From Eledone cirrhosa (taxonomy: Eukaryota), in NCBI GenBank assembly GCA_964016885.1, contig OZ024744.1:85188001-85252000 (forward strand): 64,000 bases of DNA, given 5' to 3'. Position numbers and translations under genes: made by a program. The notes beneath the pieces are model-generated. The model saw only the letters and a list, made by a program, of their open reading frames with translations. It searched no databases and was not told where the DNA came from. Positions 61,095 through 64,000 of this stretch are shown piece after piece. The stretch's first letter is position 1. Each line of letters starts with the position of its first letter.

Positions 61095-64000
61095 TGGTGT
61101 GGGGTTGGGTGTGGGCTGGTGTTTGTGGTGGAAGTGGTGGTGGTATTAGTGGTAGTGGTGGTGTTGAGAGTGGGGTAGTGTTTGTGGTGGTGGTATTAGT
61201 GGCAGTGGTGGTGTTGGTTGTGGTGGTGGTATTAGTGGTAGTGGTGGTGTTGAGAGTGGGGGGGGGTATTAGTGGCAGTGGTGGTGTTGGTAGTGGTGGT
61301 AGTGGTGGTGGTATTAGTGGTAGTGGTGGTGGTATTAGTGGTAGTGGTGGTGTTGGTTGTGGTGGTTGTGGTGGTATTAGTGGTAGTGGTGGTGTTGGTT
61401 GTGGTGGAAGTGGTGGTGGTATTAGTGGTAGTGGTGGTGGTATTAGTGGTAGTGGTGGTGGTATTAGTGGTAGTGGTGGTGTTGGTTGTGGTTGTAGTGG
61501 TGGTGGTATTAGTGGTAGTGGTGGTGTTGGTTGTGGTGGTTGTGGTGGTATTAGTGGTAGTGGTGGTGTTGGTAGTGGTGGTAGTGGTGGTGGTATTAGT
61601 GGTAGTGGTGGTGTTGGTTGTGGTGGTAGTGGTGGTGGTATTAGTGGTAGTGGTGGTGTTGGTTTCGGTGGTAGTGGTGGTGGTATTAGTGGTAGTGGTG
61701 GTGTTGAGAGTGGGGTGGTGTTTGTGGTGGTGGTATTAGTGGTAGTGGTGGTGTTGGTTGTGGTGGTAGTGGTGGTATCAGTGGTAGTGGTGGTGTTGGT
61801 AGTGGTGGTAGTGGTGGTGGTATTAGTGGTAGTGGTGGTGTTGGTTGTGGTGGTTGTGGTGGTATCAGTGGTAGTGGTGGTGTTGGTTGTGGTGGTAGTG
61901 GTTGTGGTATTAGTGGTAGTGGTGGTGTTGGTTGTGGTGGTAGTGGTGGTGGTATTAGTGGTAGTGGTGGTGTTGGTTGTGGTGGTAGTGGTGGTGGTAT
62001 TAGTGGTAGTGGTGGTGTTGGTTGTGGTGGTTGTGGTGGTATCAGTGGTAGTGGTGGTGTTGGTTGTGGTGGTAGTGGTGGTGGTATTAGTGGTAGTGGT
62101 GGTGTTGGTTGTGGTGGTAGTGGTGGTGGTATTAGTGGTAGTGGTGGTGTTGGTTGTGGTGGTAGTGGTGGTGGTATTAGTGGTAGTGGTGGTGTTGGTT
62201 GTGGTGGTAGTGGTGGTGGTATTAGTGGTAGTGGTGGTGTTGGTTGTGGTGGTAGTGGTTGTGGTATTAGTGGTAGTGGTGGTGGTATTAGTGGTAGTGG
62301 TGGTGTTGGTTGTGGTGGTTGTGGTGGTATCAGTGGTAGTGGTGGTGTTGGTTGTGGTGGTAGTGGTGGTGGTATTAGTGGTAGTGGTGGTGTTGGTTGT
62401 GGTGGTAGTGGTTGTGGTATTAGTGGTAGTGGTGGTGTTGGTTGTGGTGGTAGTGGTGGTGGTATTAGTGGTAGTGGTGGTGTTGGTTGTGGTGGTAGTG
62501 GTGGTGGTATTAGTGGTAGTGGTGGTGTTGGTTGTGGTGGTAGTGGTTGTGGTATTAGTGGTAGTGGTGGTGGTATTAGTGGTAGTGGTGGTGTTGAGAG
62601 TGGGGTGGTGTTTGTGGTGGTGGTATTAGTGGCAGTGGTGGTGTTGGTAGTGGTGGTAGTGGTGGTGGTGGTATTAGTGGTAGTGGTGGTGTTGGTTGTG
62701 GTGGTGGTATTAGTGGTAGTGGTGGTGGTATTAGTGGTAGTGGTGGTGGTATTAGTGGTAGTGGTGGTGGTATTAGTTGTAGTGGTGGTGTTGAGAGTGG
62801 GGTGGTGTTTGTGGTGGTGGTATTAGTGGTAGTGGTGGTGTTAGTTGTGGTGGTAGTGGTGGTGGTGGTATTAGTGGTAGTGGTGGTGTTGGTTGTGGTG
62901 GTGGTATTAGTGGTAGTGGTGGTGTTAGTTGTGGTGGTAGTGGTGGTGGTGGTATTAGTGGTAGTGGTGGTGTTGGTTGTGTGAAAGTGATGGTGGTATT
63001 AGTGGTATTGGTGGTGTTGAGAGTGGGGTGGTGTTTGTGGTGGTGGTATTAGTGGTAGTGGTGGTGTTGGTTGTGGTGGTGGTATTAGTGGTAGTGGTGG
63101 TGTTGAGAGTGGGGTGGTGTTTGTGGTGGTGGTATTAGTGGTAGTGGTGGTGTTGGTTGTGGTGGTAGTGGCGGTGGTATTAGTGGTGATTGTGGTGGTA
63201 GTGGCGGTGGTATTAGTGGTTGTGATGGTGTTGGTGTGTGGTGGTAGTGGTGGTGGTATTAGTGGTAGTGGTGGTGTTGGTTGTGGTGGAAGTGGTGGTG
63301 GTATTAGTGGTAGTTATGGTGTTGGTTGTGGTGGTAGTGGTGGTGGTATTAGTGGTAGTTGTGGTGTTGTTTCTGGTGGTAGTGGTGGTGGTATAAGTGG
63401 TAGTGGTGGTGTTTGGAGTGGGGTGGTGTTTGTGGTGGTGGTATTAGTGGTGGTGGTGATGTTGAGAGTGGGGTGGTGTTGGGAGTGGGGTGGTGTTTGT
63501 GGTTGTGGTGCTAGTGGTAGTGGTGGTGTTGGGAGTGGGGTGGTGTTTGTGGTGGTGGTATTAGTGATAGTGGTGGTGTTGAGAGTGGGGTGGTAGTGGT
63601 GGTGGTATTAGTGGTAGTGGTGGTGTTGGTAGTGGTGGTAGTGGTGGTGGTATTAGTGGTAGTGGTGGTGGTATTAGTGGTAGTGGTGGTGGTATTAGTG
63701 GTAGTGGTGGTGGTATTAGTTGTAGTGGTGGTGTTGAGAGTGGGGTGGTGTTTGTGGTGGTGGTATTAGTGGTAGTGGTGGTGTTAGTTGTGGTGGTAGT
63801 GGTGGTGGTGGTATTAGTGGTAGTGGTGGTGTTGGTTGTGTGAAAGTGATGGTGGTATTAGTGGTATTGGTGGTGTTGAGAGTGGGGTGGTGTTTGTGGT
63901 GGTGGTATTAGTGGTAGTGGTGGTGTTGGTTGTGGTGGTGGTATTAGTGGTAGTGGTGGTGTTGAGAGTGGGGTGGTGTTTGTGGTGGTGGTATTAGTGG
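61095..64000. repeat. G/T-rich (GGT)-based satellite with 45-bp-type higher-order units, runs off the window end
   Basis: ggtattagtggtagtggtggtgttggttgtggtggtagtggt units and recurring gagagtggggtggtgtttgtg. Confidence 0.92.

Noticed and set aside
61094-63596. 511-aa Gly/Val-rich ORF or telomeric repeat
   Set aside because: GGT-based satellite translation; no TTAGGG array.

Overview
Repeat-saturated, AT-rich eukaryotic (animal) genomic DNA. The tRNA-derived SINEs and microsatellite load resemble octopus/cephalopod DNA, which is an inference from memory. I can support no host protein-coding gene; most listed ORFs are microsatellite translations. The window is a nest of mobile elements: (1) three R4/Dong-type RT + restriction-like-endonuclease retrotransposons (one with an unbroken 1009-codon ORF) embedded in (TACA)n tracts, plus two RTE 3' ends with (ATGT)n tails; (2) several Penelope-like element (PLE) pieces with inverted 5' segments; (3) four L1/Tx1-clade LINE copies, three in a head-to-tail array with SINEs at (TAA)n tracts; (4) a hAT transposon inside Tx1 ORF1; (5) about 13 SINE copies and MITE-like ends. 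The most notable feature is about 23 type-I hammerhead ribozyme (HHR) motifs from several sequence families, found by eye. Many sit in non-coding fold-back palindromes carrying an HHR on both strands. One family has a ~110-nt helix II, a compensatory base change between copies, and a second conserved structured motif downstream.
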